Source: Psammoneis japonica
Taxonomy: Eukaryota
Assembly: GCA_008632985.1 (NCBI GenBank)
Contig: QPGO01000319.1
Coordinates: forward strand, 1-56,353
Direction of reading: 5' to 3'
DNA: 56,353 nt
Shown piece after piece: positions 1-12,405 of this stretch (positions are counted from its first letter, which is position 1; the number at the start of each line of letters is the position of its first letter). The translations under genes were made by a program, and so were the position numbers. The notes below the pieces were generated by a model. That model did not search any database. It had not been told where the DNA came from and worked only from the letters and a program-made list of their open reading frames with translations.

Positions 1-946
1 TAGGAATCCCAGTCAAGTTTTCCATTCTCGCGAGAACCGTCTGGACCGTGGCATTCTCGTAACATTTCTCTACACACCACGCGTTGGTGGATGTGCGTCC
101 CTCGTTTTCAAACGAATCGTACGTTCCATCAAACTTGGCTTCACCGACATCCGAGGATCGTTCGTATCCCTCGAGAGCACCCAATTCAATCAGCTCTTTG
201 CATTCTTGAGAAGACAAAAAGTGTTCAAGCGTGACTACCCACGGTCCTTCAATCACGCCCTCGTCCTTGCCGTTTGGTTTGGAAAGCGCTTTTGGACCGA
301 ATTGTTGGTAATGAGGTAGCGTCATGATGCGCTCAAAGATGGTATTCAACTCTCCCTCGTTTGTCAGCGCAGTAGGGGCGTCTTTGTCGTAGGGACATCG
401 TGTTTGAAAGTCCAAGAGTTCGCATGATTGGCAACTCGGTGCACAGTGGAGGGCCATGTATTGGGGATTGATCTCGCATTCACCAACGACAGCCCAAAAG
501 GCACATAGTTCGTGACGATTCTGACAATTCGATCGAATGTTTTTGTACTTTTCCTCCACCATGACTTGATTGGTCATGTAATCCTCGGTCGTTTTCAAAA
601 CGGCTTCCACCCGCGAGTCGGACGAATCCTGAGGCACTCCCCACGCGCTTTCTGTAAGCTTTTTCTTTTGGCAAACTCCACAACTCTTGGGACAGTTCTC
701 ATTCATATAGTTGGAATTGCTGACGCACTCGTCTTTGGAAGCCCAGAAACCGCATTGTTCGTGCTTGTCTACACAAGAATCATCTTCGTTAGCATCAGCT
801 GTCGCCGCACACTCGTTGTCTCCCGCTTCGCATGTTTGCTCTTTATCCGAGGCATTGGCAATTACGACAATCACCAAGAACCAAACTAAAGCATACATAA
901 GGCGTTTGATATCGACACAACGTCGATAAGGAGTACGGTTTGTCAT
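1..946 (-). CDS. ShKT-domain prolyl 4-hydroxylase-like 2OG-Fe(II) oxygenase (3' end runs off window)
   Basis: Not in the ORF track because it has no stop in the window. Minus-strand translation from ATG 946 (or 898) gives a hydrophobic leader (MYALVWFLVIVVIANA), two ShKT domains (CVDKHEQCGFWASKDECVSNSNYMNENCPKSCGVC; CQNRHELCAFWAVVGECEINPQYMALHCAPSCQSC), then P4H-type PWVVTLEHFLSSQECKELI...RTSTNAW. Confidence 0.85.
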   Translation of the reverse strand, partial: MTNRTPYRRCVDIKRLMYALVWFLVIVVIANASDKEQTCEAGDNECAATADANEDDSCVDKHEQCGFWASKDECVSNSNYMNENCPKSCGVCQKKKLTESAWGVPQDSSDSRVEAVLKTTEDYMTNQVMVEEKYKNIRSNCQNRHELCAFWAVVGECEINPQYMALHCAPSCQSCELLDFQTRCPYDKDAPTALTNEGELNTIFERIMTLPHYQQFGPKALSKPNGKDEGVIEGPWVVTLEHFLSSQECKELIELGALEGYERSSDVGEAKFDGTYDSFENEGRTSTNAWCVEKCYENATVQTVLARMENLTGIP

Positions 947-1297
947 TTTCGGAGACGTCATGGTCGACTTGATGCAGGTGTCATGCCGCAGGAAATAAAA
1001 AATGACTTACTCTTCCTCTCGACTCACCGTCCGTGTGCCGTCAGGAAGAGGATTCGGGATTGAGTCGACTGAATCAATGGTGACGGTTGAGTCGTGCACA
1101 TGATTCAGTTCGAAAACTTACATAGAACGTAGTACAAAAGCTACATACGTTGGACAATACCACACAAAACCGTACACGAAAAGTGATCGTTGGATTTCGC
1201 AAAAATCACAATCGACTTTTGTTGTTGTTGTTGTTACCCACTGCTCGAGTCTGTTGTTGTTGTTGCTATTACAGTATTGCTATTGACGTTCACCACC

Positions 1298-3769
1298 ATG
1301 CCACCCAAACGCAAGAGTGACTCTATCACAGAGTCATCGTCTACCGCCGACAAGACGAAAAAGAAAATGACAGCGGCACAGAAGAAAGCGATACAGGACC
1401 GTGTTGCTGCTGATTTTGCAAAAGGAAAAACGTCGTCTCCTGAAGCAAGTCGTCCGACAAAGCGTCGCCGTACCACGCCCACTCGAAAGACTACGACGAC
1501 GACGACACGGGCTACTAGTACAAGAAATACTCCTTCACGTTCTACCCAAAAGTCTCTACCGGCTAGTACTACCGCGACGAAGACGCCCACTACGTCGTCC
1601 AACAACAAGGCGAAGAAAAAGTCGAAGAAGGAGCAGCTTGCCGAGGCACAGGCTCGTGCTGCAGAGTGGGCCAAGAAGATGAAGATTACTACACAAGACG
1701 AGGAGGAGGACGTTATCATGAGCGAAGAAGAGGAGGAAGACGACGACGAGGATATGACGGAGCAGGACGTCTCTGAAGAAGAAGAGGAGCAAGTCGAAAT
1801 CAAGGCGAAGAAGTCTAAAAAGGAACAGCGTGCCGAGGCACAGGCTCGTGCTACAGAGTGGGCCGCGAAGCGACAGAGTACCACACGAGTCAATGTTGAG
1901 GATGTTATCATGAGCGAAGAAGAGGAGGAAGACGACGAGGAGGAGGATATGACTGAACAGAACAGCGAGAGGCAGAACAGTATCTTTCAACAAGAGCTTA
2001 CCGAGGGACAGAATGTCTTTTTGAACACGGTTCAACCTGTAGCGAAAAGGACCAAGTCTTCTTCTACCGTTAGGAGGAGGAGACCGCGGAAGAGCCGCGA
2101 CGATGTTGCCGGTTTCAACCAAGAGGCAAGGGCTGCTGGGCTTCAAGGGCCAACTGCTCCCACGGCGGATTTCAATTCCACCGGGCTATCTCACTTATCT
2201 CCTCCAGCCGCTGCGATGAGAGAGGCTCGTGGTGCCGACGGGCAATCCCTGTACTATCCTCCAGCCGCCGCTACTGGAGAGGCTGTCCGTCCCTCTGCTC
2301 AGCAGCCACCTGTACAGCATCCAGCTTATGCATATTACCAAGCCCCTGTGAATTCTCCTACTCTTGTGCGCAATCCACAGGCTCCTTATCAAGCCATGAT
2401 GCACTCACCTCCTCATGCAATCATGTTTGGTGATCACGCGCGCGCATATCAGCAGGCAGTATCCCCTGCAGCCATCGCAGAGCGAATCAAGCAGCAGGAA
2501 CGGGAAGCCCGTGAGGCTCAGATGCGTTTTGAGAACCAGGTTCAGCAAGACCGTCTCCAGAACCCGGTCCCGCAAGCAGCCGATTTTGGCGAGGAAGCAA
2601 CTGATCGCCAGCACTCGGTCGTGAGCGAAGACGAGGAAGAACACGAAGAAGTGGTACCGCTCAAGCGAAAGATGAAGGCGTTTTGGGATGCGGCGCGTTA
2701 TGCGATGGCCGTTGTTTGTCTTCTTGTAGTATACGACCTTCTTGTAGGCAACGAGACCTCCACCCGCGCTTCCTTGAGTAAGAATGCACCTCCATGCTTT
2801 GAGCCTACACCCGGATATGAAGACCCAAACATTGAAACGCCGCCATGGCTTTTGGATAAAGGAATCAACGCTTGTGCTCCCGGTCGCGACAAAGAACGAG
2901 TCCCATGTCCAGAGGGCGGAATCTGTAGCAACGGCTTTCTTCTCCACTGCCAGGATAGCCAATTCATGGAGCCTGATCCTTGGGGTACCAAGTGCAACCT
3001 GAACAGTGATGCGGTCACCACACTATCTGCCATCAAGGATACCTTGATGAATCTCACCGTGCAATACACCTGTGACTTGGGGTGCCAGCTCCCCGTGAAG
3101 AAGTGTCCAGTTTCGCCAGCCAAAGTCGATAAGGACAAGGTTCCTTCGTTTGCCATGCGAGATATCCAAAAGCGGGTTGATGTTGACTTGAATTCGCCGC
3201 TTCTAGCTTTGAACCACTCTTTGTTTCAACTCGATACCGAGCTCCAACTGATTCGATTGACTCGCGAAACTATAACCAAGGAGTTGAAAGTTCCGCTTTC
3301 GTGCATGATCTTGCACTTTGCTAAGGACTCGGGTATGATGGGTTGGAGCGGCATCTGTAGTTTGGCGAAAGTTCTTTTCGACTGGGCAGTGAAGGATCCA
3401 CTCATTGCAGTATCAGTTGCTGTGTTTGTCATGTTGGTTCTTCACGTTGCAATGGCTCGTATCCGCCATAGGAAGTTTCGCAACGAAGTTGATAGGGTCC
3501 GTGACTTGGCCTGTGCCAGGCTACAAGAACAAGGTAGACCCACGGTGGTGTTGATGTTGCGTGACATGGTGGCAAACGAATTGTATCCTCGGTCCAGGAA
3601 GGAGCGTCGCTACGTCACGAATACGATTTGGAGGCAGGTTGTTGTGGAAGTGAAACGAGACCATCGTATTCACAATTTCACGCAAATTGGTGAAGACGGG
3701 AGCCAACAAGACGTTTGGCAGTGGGTAGCGCCCTTGACGCCTTTGCAGAATAGCAAGAAGGAGAACTAA
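1298..3769 (+). CDS. Man1/Src1 (LEM2/Heh1-like) inner nuclear membrane protein
   Basis: Single long ORF from MPPKRK. Basic/acidic disordered N-terminus, TM helix (YAMAVVCLLVVYDLL), Cys-rich lumenal domain (PCPEGGICSNG), second TM, and a C-terminal MSC-like domain ending in VWQWV. Confidence 0.75.
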   Translation: MPPKRKSDSITESSSTADKTKKKMTAAQKKAIQDRVAADFAKGKTSSPEASRPTKRRRTTPTRKTTTTTTRATSTRNTPSRSTQKSLPASTTATKTPTTSSNNKAKKKSKKEQLAEAQARAAEWAKKMKITTQDEEEDVIMSEEEEEDDDEDMTEQDVSEEEEEQVEIKAKKSKKEQRAEAQARATEWAAKRQSTTRVNVEDVIMSEEEEEDDEEEDMTEQNSERQNSIFQQELTEGQNVFLNTVQPVAKRTKSSSTVRRRRPRKSRDDVAGFNQEARAAGLQGPTAPTADFNSTGLSHLSPPAAAMREARGADGQSLYYPPAAATGEAVRPSAQQPPVQHPAYAYYQAPVNSPTLVRNPQAPYQAMMHSPPHAIMFGDHARAYQQAVSPAAIAERIKQQEREAREAQMRFENQVQQDRLQNPVPQAADFGEEATDRQHSVVSEDEEEHEEVVPLKRKMKAFWDAARYAMAVVCLLVVYDLLVGNETSTRASLSKNAPPCFEPTPGYEDPNIETPPWLLDKGINACAPGRDKERVPCPEGGICSNGFLLHCQDSQFMEPDPWGTKCNLNSDAVTTLSAIKDTLMNLTVQYTCDLGCQLPVKKCPVSPAKVDKDKVPSFAMRDIQKRVDVDLNSPLLALNHSLFQLDTELQLIRLTRETITKELKVPLSCMILHFAKDSGMMGWSGICSLAKVLFDWAVKDPLIAVSVAVFVMLVLHVAMARIRHRKFRNEVDRVRDLACARLQEQGRPTVVLMLRDMVANELYPRSRKERRYVTNTIWRQVVVEVKRDHRIHNFTQIGEDGSQQDVWQWVAPLTPLQNSKKEN
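1606..1960 (+). repeat. Internal coding duplication (~2 x 55-60 aa) in the Man1/Src1-like gene
   Basis: KAKK(K)SKKEQ(L/R)AEAQARA(A/T)EWA...EDVIMSEEEEEDD(D/E)EDMTEQ occurs twice with near-identical DNA. Confidence 0.85.
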
Positions 3770-5019
3770 CGATGATTCGGGTTAGACCTGGATCACGTGG
3801 TGTTTTTCATTCTGGTAACGAGAGGGAATCCTTGTTTGTGTGGAACAATCATTTAGCCTTTCTCTCTAACAATAGTGTATAACGTATAGTAGCTTTTCTA
3901 ATCAAATCAATATGGCACTCCATTGCTGTAATCTCTAAAATAGCGCTTGTTCGGCAAGTCGTAAATCTCTTCCGACAGAAGTGTCGCCTGTGTCGCTGCC
4001 CACATCTTTCGACCGTACTAAATGTAACAGTTTCATGTTGCAGTCCAACCGAGTTTTGATTTGTTGCTCCTACCAGATACTCGTAGATCTAGAGGGGAAA
4101 AGAACAGGTGTGCTCTCGAGATAGATAGGGCCCTAGAGTATCATGATGTTGTGTTTTTTGGTGCATGTCATAAATAGCTAGTTAACCGTTTCCTCCCGAG
4201 TGACTACAAATGACTACATTTTGTATTTAATTTTTAGATTTTACGTATACAAGCATGTAGTCATTATTCAAAGATATATTTCTTACATGAACAATTTCGT
4301 ATTGAAGCATGTCCAAATTAAATACGAAACGATAGTGCCTAGTGTAGGGCGGTAGACACATCAGATGTAGATGCAGGGTCATGCCATTAGTGTTGAACAG
4401 TAGCGTTAGGACCTAATTGATCCTACGGAATAGCCCATGGCTATGGAAGGCACCTATTTTGACAGAAGTTAAATAGGGGCAAAGTCATCGCTAAAATTGG
4501 TCCTCTACGTAGAGCTCCGTATAAGTTTGTCTGTCCATCGCCAGTTCGCGCCAACATTTATTTAGGGGAATGAACGAGTAGGCTAGTGTCTGCATCCTAA
4601 GTGATCAATCATCGCAGACGAAGCAACAATGTCTGCTCGCTCCACCTGTAGAGCAATATGAGACAACCACCAAGCACATAACAGCTCGTAGACACAGTCA
4701 TTGAAGAGACTTACTAATTAAATAGGAGATTTATACGTATATAAAAGCACAAATTTCTTATGTGATTTTAGATTTTTATTTCCATTGAATACAAAAAACA
4801 CGTTCGGGAGGAAACTGTTAACGTAGTACGAGACGACAATTGTTTGGAATTTTTTCTGGTGTGATTTCTACACGTTTCTACACAAAGCGATGGTCGCACT
4901 TCGGCTTGTCCCAGGACGCTATCAAATGCTGCGTTTCCTTCAACCAAGTGTCCTGCATTCTTAATTAATTGGTGTCTCCTTGACTTGCCCATGGAAAGAA
5001 ACTGCAAGTTTCGAGATTA

Positions 5020-7180
5020 TGTCAACAAGACATTCCTGTTGGCAAAAAAAAGGTCCTGTTTTTTCGCCCCAAGTTTTTGAACCAGATGCTTGGATGGGAA
5101 AAAGTGTCGAAAGGAGCAGTTTCTTTCACTCGGCAGGAAGCCAAGACAGTGGAGAAAGTGTCTGCATGCTTGAATTCACAAGTGTTTTCGTCTTGGAAGT
5201 GCTTTTCATGGCCTTTCCAAGACGATGTAGAGAACGAGGCGACAAATGAGCGACCGCCAAAACGGAGTTTCCGTTGAGCAACACACTTGCAATCACGCGC
5301 ATGCCGACCCATGTGATTCGCCAATGAGACACAGTGCTTTTGTCTGATGATAAATTCCTGATTCCCGTGATTTTCAATGAAAATGCACGGGGATGGAAAC
5401 GATTTTCACAATTTTCGTCTCGCGCCACCTCATCAAGGTGGCACGGGCACAAAAGTGGGCCAGATTCTGCACACGCAGAGCTTGGCATGTTTTCCACACA
5501 AATCGCCAAAGTCGGCTCGCCAACTTGAGCCCTCTCCAGGATGATGGAAACTGGAACATTTCACATGACAAAGTGTTTCGACTGCTCAGCTGCACTCCCC
5601 TCGACTTGTTTGTGAAGAGAAGTTGCAAGTTTCCATGGGTTTCTCATTTTGTGCAGCTCTTTAAAACTCGAACATCACGATTTCAGCACCTTTCTGATTA
5701 GATTCGTTGTGTGTCCTCAGAAACCTGTGAAAGCTTGCAATTTCTCTCCCCAAACAAGTTGAGGAGAGTGCAACCAAGCAGTCGAAGCACTTTGTTGTGT
5801 GAAATGTCCAAGTTTCCATCGTCCTGGAGAGGGTTCAAGTTGGCGAGCCGACTTTGGTGATTTGTGTAGAAAACATGCCAAGCTCTACGTGCGTAGAATC
5901 TGGCCCACTTTTGCACCCGTGCCACCTCAAAAGGGCGGTCCAGAGATCGCCTGGTGCACTTTTTACATGGAAACTGCCAGAGAGCCAATCACGCACATTC
6001 CCACACAGACGCAGCACAAAACAGAAAGCATGGCACTCCATCACGTGACCCTCACGACAACACCACCTGATGACAATGCATCAAAAATGGCGTCGTCCGC
6101 ATCTTTCTGCAGCTCCTCTTTCACTCACCCGATTGCTCCAAAAGGGCCAGGGAAAGCCAGTGAGCTTTCTCTCATGACAGAGCAATGCAAACAAAAGTTG
6201 TTTTTTATTCCAAAATCTCAGAATGCAGTGCACCCGATTGTCAAGGCGAACTGGCACGTTGGCAGTGACAACACCAGTTGATGTTCACTCTAGAACAACA
6301 ATGGAGACGTGACACCCCAACAAAACAAAGTCTGTGCCCCCATGATGAATTTTAAAGCTGGTTCTTCTTGTTGGCATGCAATCTTTAGCTGCTTTTTAGA
6401 CTTGACAAAATGATCATCTGCCCCGGCTGTCACCCTCTAAGTTTGTTGCATTGGCTGACAAATTGGGCAAGTGAGCCACACATTTCCAGCTTGTGAACTG
6501 CCTTGCAGCCAAAAGAAGCAATCTAAACCTTCAGAACAGCCATGATGCACTGGTCTGCCGAATCAAACTCCACATCACCAAGTGGAGGCGGGGAGAACCA
6601 TTGTCAAAAATGCGCTGTGACGGATCTGAGCTCTTGAGAGCTTGTCCAGCTTTTGACGCCATGGCCCCAAATCACCATGTTCACTGTGAAGTCAGCCTGA
6701 TGCTGTGTCTGTGACTTTGCCTCATTTTGGAATTGCCACGGCCATCGCATTGCAGAACTGACATTCTTGACGAGGAAAAGTGTTTCTGGGATGCCTTGCG
6801 ACGACGGAGACCCTGCAGAACAAAAGAACAATGTAGAAAGAGACAACACATGCAAGTCAAACGGGTGTCAATGCACAAAGCCTCAACGAAACACACAGCA
6901 CAAATGGTGACACATGAGGTCGGTTGTGATGCAACAGAAGCGACGCTGTCAGCGCGAACTTTCAGTGAGAATTTTCACCATCAGCTGCCCATGTGAACCT
7001 GTGTGCTCTCAAGCTTGTCACATGCCTCATGCTGTGACGCAAGACATTCCGTTGAGAGTACACTGCAAAGCACCTCAGAAACAACCGCATTTTTGAAATC
7101 GGTGAAACGCCATTGTCCGTGTCATTTTGCGTCGCGAGCCAGAAAAAAACTCCCAAAAACTGTTCTGCAGGGCAAAATGT
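5020..7180. other. TpA-depleted island 1 with decayed ORF relics flanking the inverted repeat
   Basis: Only ~18 TA in ~2.15 kb by eye. ORFs are Cys/His-rich and almost Tyr-free. Confidence 0.7.
5436..5927. repeat. Long inverted repeat: 209-bp arms (5436-5644 / 5719-5927) with a 74-bp spacer
   Basis: aggtggcacgggcacaaaagtgggccagattc...gggtttct is the approximate reverse complement of agaaacc...tggcccacttttgcacccgtgccacct. The ORF track shows paired translations on opposite strands (RAQKWARFCTRRAWHVFHTNRQ vs RVQKWARFYARRAWHVFYTNHQ). Confidence 0.92.
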
Positions 7181-7705
7181 ACTGAATCTACACAGATTTG
7201 GGTTGTACCAGGCCACGTAGAAAATGAACGGGCCGAGAACTGTGGTACGCCCACTTAAGTAGTGCCGACTTTGCCTTGAAGTACGGCACGGCCGCCAAAC
7301 ATCGAAATATTGTGAGGAGCGAACAGTCGGCTTGCGAACAGACGTCGTCCCCCAATGATCCATTATCATACTACCTAAAAAGCGATACTAAAAAATTGAG
7401 ACATTAATATTCTGTATAAAATAGATAAAAATTTATTTAGAGCAGACGTGTTATTGGTCATTAGCTCATGAAGTAACGATAATTTTTACTTAGCGTTCGC
7501 TATTTTTTTCTGCTCATTGAACGATACTATCAAATTTCGGAGACGAATCACTGTAGAACCAATACCAGCGCCTACGGTGATCTCTGTTGGGGGTGAAGCT
7601 TGTTGTGTCGTGTTGGAAGAGCGAAGCACATTCAACAAACACAACATGAAGCGAAGACTGAGACTTGCGCAACTAAAGAACAGATAATAACGTACCGCCC
7701 ACATT

Positions 7706-8535
7706 ATGTTCATGATGAGTAGTTCTCCACCTGTGCATCATGAGGTCGCTGATCGAGATGAGAATGAGACTGGTACGAAACGCTTGGATGTGATTGACGC
7801 AAATCACGAACGAAAAAGTACCGTTCGGTTTGCTCCTTCTTGTCAAGTGTTGGAGTATGTTGCTCCACTTGATGAAATGTCGGCGACCGAAAGGGCCGCT
7901 ATTTGGTGGCAAGAAGAGGATTATTATGCATTCAAAGCAACAGCTCGTCAGATTTGTCGAGAGTCGAGACAGCGACGAGATGATCGACTGCTTCTTGGAT
8001 TGGACCAATCATTCAACAACACTCGTCGATTCATAACAACCGAGAACGACAATACTTCACTCGACCAAGTATCTGCTGATGCGGTAAGTCGGGTTTTTGT
8101 GCGAGAGAAAGTCATGATAAATAAAGACGAGTTCATTTTTTGCTAATTCCGTCCTTGTTTCGTTCACAGGGCTTGATTCAATACTGTACACATGCTCATT
8201 CGCGTCGAGGCTTGGAGCGATGGATTTCTAAACTACACGGTCAAGTTCGCAGTCAAGCCGCATCTAAAAACATCCAAACGGTCGTTCAACACTCCGCGGT
8301 ACTGCCAGAAGAGGAGCTGAGCATTCTGGCCCAGGAGCAATCCTTTTTGGCTCGTGTGTTCGCACGTCAAGTTGGTGATGCGGACGCTCTGGCTGTGAAA
8401 TCTCCACCCAAATACAATAGAATGGACTATCTCAAAACAAGACACCAGTTGGCGCAACGGTGTCAAGCTACCCTTCGAACGAATGCTGCAGCCGCGCAGC
8501 AAAATCTCGAGCCGCTTTCGTTGAGAGGACGTTAG
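7706..8535 (+). CDS. Diatom-type hypothetical protein ('VRF...W...RGLE' family), 2 exons
   Basis: Exon 1 7706-8083, GT-AG intron 8084-8169, exon 2 8170-8535 in frame. Motifs TVRFA, AIWWQEEDY, SRRGLERW. Confidence 0.75.
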
Positions 8536-10345
8536 AGTACAATCGTGTTGTTCCTTTTTTATGCAAGTGACACTGCACTTTGCTATATTAGATCTTATTT
8601 TGTTACTAGATAGAAGAGACTTCAAATGTCACTCTGCCGCTACAAATTGATTCTAGCTAGCTCTCTAGTAGCTAGTAGAGCAAAGGACTTACCACCGCAC
8701 GACGCACGACTGACAAATTTTGACATAGACTCACGATGGAGAGTGGAGATCTACCGGCACCGGTGTCGCGAGACTGATTCGCCGCCGCCGCGTCCCGCGT
8801 CCTGGTCCCCACGTCCCCGCCCCCCCCCCCCCCCCCCCGGCAACACAACAAAACCTCAGTCCCATTCTTTCAACGACGTTTGAGTGCAAGCTTGACGCCG
8901 TTTTGTGCTCATTGCATTTGACAAGTCTCCTGCAGTTGCAATGAGGGAATTGCACTGGTTGCAAGATGTGTTTGCCGAAACGAACCCGAGCGAGGTCGAC
9001 AGCATCTGCATCTTGGCTGAAGAAATTGATGTCAAAGGCATCAAGCAATTGAGCCATTTTCTTCCCTCCTTTTGCAAATCAACAAACTTTCATTTGATTG
9101 CTTGTGCCACTGGTTCAGAGGGAATGGACTGTTTGTCTCGAGCCCTTTGGTCACTCCTCCCAAAGCTGTGTGTGCTTGATCCAACAAGATTGGGGATGAT
9201 GGCATCAAGCATTTGTTGAAAGTCATCCCTTTTCTTTTTCGGTTGGAGAAACTTGTGCTCAACCACAATGGCGTTGGCCCTGAGGGTGCAAAGTCCTTGT
9301 GCAAAGTGCTTGAACAGAGTGCAGAAATCGAGAGCATCGACCTCACAGGAAACTCAATCGGAGATGAAGGTGCAGAATGTCTTGGTGAGAGCTGTTGACA
9401 AAACATTGCAAACTGACAGGTTTTGTGCCTTGCTGGTTGTTGCGTTGGGCAAAAGAGAGACAAAACATTGGCCAGGAGTGTGAAAGAAAGCACATTCATT
9501 GACAGTCTTTGTCTTGATGACAATGACATTGGAGATGGTGGTGCAAGAGCCCTTGGACAAATGCTTGGGCAAAACAACAAAATCACATTTGTGGTTGTGT
9601 TGTGTGCCTCTTTTGGAGAAAAGGGGGACAGCTTGAATGTCACAATGTCATTCCCTGCATTTTGTGGCATGACACTGGCGAGGATCAAGTGTCTGAGATT
9701 GAAAGGGACCAGGAGAGATGTTGTGGGACATTTTGCAGTTGCTGCATCATGATTGGATTTCTGATGGCATTTGGGCCAAGGTGTTGGCATGGGTTGGCCA
9801 CAACCCCAACCTTCTTTTCCATGCAGTCAAGGCCAAACTGGATGTTGTCAAGAAAAGGATGTTGCTTTGTTCGCGTGGCAGCATGAGCCATGCATTGGTT
9901 CCAAATTTAAGGAGTGTGGGGGGGTGCACATGAGATGCATCCATCAACGTCACTTGGTGTTCATCGCATGTTTGCTGATCACCCAGAACAATCTTGCACA
10001 ATGCACTGTGTGTCTTTTGGCTTCAACCAAAGACCACTCTTTGTGCAGCGGAGGCATTGTCCCTGCTTGCCTGTTTGCAGTGTCTGGCAACCGACTGATG
10101 CTCTGTTCTTCCACACAAACCATCCATTGCAGTCACTCCCTTTCTTCAATCCACCAACAATGCTGCCTCTTCTGCAAATGCAGTTGAAATGCCTTTGCAC
10201 ATCTAAAGTGCAAAGGCACTTGCCAGGACACTGCAGTGCAGCTTCAATCAGACTCCACAAGTGCAGGCCATTGTTTGACCATGACGACACGGTTGCACAC
10301 TGGCACAACCTCTAGACTGACCAACACAGTCCTGCAAACAGATGC
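8255..10345 (+). repeat. Segmental duplication copy A (3' end of the 7706 gene + LRR gene + downstream DNA)
   Basis: Colinear with 14733-16875 (shared gccagaagaggagctgagc, gcacgactgacaaattt, gaggatcaagtgtctgagattgaaagggaccaggag, gaccatgacgac). Confidence 0.9.
8850..9930 (+). pseudogene. RNI-like leucine-rich-repeat pseudogene, copy A
   Basis: Frameshifted fragments LEKLVLNHNGVGPEGAKSLC, IDLTGNSIGDEGAECLG, LCLDDNDIGDGGARALG, and the C-terminal IWAKVLA...NLLF motif. Contains stops and no Tyr. Confidence 0.88.
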
Positions 10346-10399
10346 GTCATCTTCTCGTCATGGTCTTTGAATGAGCAAATCAAAGTTGCAAGTCAGACC

Positions 10400-12200
10400 A
10401 CATGTCAATGTTCCCTGATCTCTCACATGATGAGCCCAGCTCATGAAACACCCCCAGCTCTTTCTCATGTGCATGGATCCACTGCAAAATCCCTCACCAG
10501 AAGGGTCTCCTCCTCAACACCCACGTGCCAGTTTGGTCGCGCAGACTGAGACAGACTTCGTCTCTCTGCCTGTGGTGCACGCCAACACACCATCAGAAAA
10601 ATGAGGCTCATGATGACAAAAAGAGGCCCACATCTCTCTTGCAGCAAATGCCAATCTGCAAGCATTGCCACAGCATGCCACACAAGCGTGAGGGCTTGCT
10701 GTGGTCGTTGAATGGTTCTGGCAACTTGTTGCTCCCTTCCAAGTCTTCTGTCCTCTGGAGCCATTGTGCAAGGCAAAGCCCGCACATGGGACATTGCCTC
10801 CTCAACAAACATGCCTCAAAACTTGGTCATCTGTGCACTCAATCAACACACAACATGAACAACTTGACTGTTTGCACTGCACACAAACAGAACATGGTTG
10901 ACAAGAGCCAATGGCACCGCACTTTGAGCAAGCTGTGCACAATGTTCAGGAGTCCACAAACAAGCACCTTCCTTGTGGAAACATCACTTGCAACTGTCAT
11001 CTGCACAAAGGCCATGTTTTGGGCATGTCCAATTGCTTGCTTGATGCATCTCATGGCTTGGCTCTCAATGGTGTCTTTTGTGGCTGTTTTGCATTCACCT
11101 GCTGTCATGGATTCATCTTTGTCAATGTGCTTTTCATTGCCAAAGTCAATGTCTTCATTGCTTCCTTCTTGACTGCACTTTGCAAAATGGCAAGCATGTT
11201 GCTGCTTGGCCCCAAAACAGCACAGAATTGCATCGTTTCGTGAAACCAGGAAAGGCCACAGCATGCCAAGATGCCTGCTGATGTTTCTTTGGTTGCAAAA
11301 TCCAGCATCAAACAAACCTCTGCTCTTCAGTGGCATGTTCAGGGGCCACCAGCCATTGAAAACAACATTGTTCCAAAAGCACTTCTTGCTGCTCCCCAAA
11401 ATCCATTGAAGATCTGCTCAACCAATGTTGACTTGTTTTTTGATCATGCCAGCCCCATCTGGCCAGCTTGTTGCTTCAGCTTGGTGACTGAGTGTTTCGT
11501 CTGATCATTCTCCATCTCTTGTTTTCATGTTTTGTCACAAATGGGTTGGATGCCTGTTGCATCAAAAACTTCTAGACTTCCTTCAGATGCTCCCTGAAGT
11601 CGCCAAACTCTCTGACTTGTGCTCCTTTCTCAAAGCAGTGCTTGCAATTGCTCCTGTGATGTGCCCAACTTGCAACAAATGCCGCTCATTTCCCCTTTGC
11701 CTTTTGTTTGTGCAAGTTGATTTCTGCAAGCAGATGTGTCTCCTTTGAACCCACCATGTTTGGTTGCACCCAATTGAGTGGATTGATGATCCATGCTTCA
11801 AGGGATGTTTCAATTTGTCTGAGTGGGAGAGGGCTTCTTGAACTGGCATGGCTCTGGATGGGGTGTGCAATGTGCCAGAGTCTTGGGTTTGGTGCCAGCA
11901 TTTGTGGAATGACGATGCTTTGTTTGTGATGACAGAGTCAAGGCACAGGAGCTGAGCCACCGTCAAGTGAGAGAGCACTGAATTGGCTTGTGGGCAGCTG
12001 TGATTGTTTGATGAGGTTGTTGTGTTTGGCACAGTTTGAAGCCATTTACAACAGCATTTTGTTGTTGTGGTGCTCCTGCATTTGTTTCACAGATCCCACT
12101 CCTGTGTGGCATGAGATGGCATGTGACGGCCAGCCAGTCCCCTGGACAGTCTTCTTGGCAACACACAGACTTTGAGCATCATTTGGTTCTCTCAACAACT
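10400..12200 (-). pseudogene. Decayed ORF relic with a SAP-like helix-extension-helix motif
   Basis: Minus strand ~11495-11410 reads KHSVTKLKQQAGQMGLA*SKNKSTLVEQI, which fits the SAP consensus if CAC came from TAC and TGA from CGA. The rest is not identifiable. Confidence 0.4.
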
Positions 12201-12405
12201 TCAAAGACTTTTTGCCATGGTTTTGCAGAGCAAGCATCCAATGCAAACAGAAGCTGCAGTGTGCAGCGTGCAACTGCCATGCCGGCACGCACATTTGCAA
12301 TCACACACAACTTGTGCTGTCAATCGCGCCACAATCGTGGATGCGTGCGAAGGACAGAACGATCACACAGAGTTGATCGGAAGTCAAAAATTGCAAACAC
12401 GATCA

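Noticed and set aside
1234..2146. Long antisense ORFs over the Man1-like gene (similarly 49091-49711 and 17892-18512)
   Set aside because: Shadow ORFs of low-complexity coding sequence on the opposite strand.
4195..4265. tgactaca repeats with inverted atgtagtcat as a transposon end
   Set aside because: No matching opposite terminus found in the window.
4478..7275. ggcaaagtc / gactttgcc as TIRs enclosing island 1
   Set aside because: Only 9 bp, with no TSD and no extension; chance match likely.
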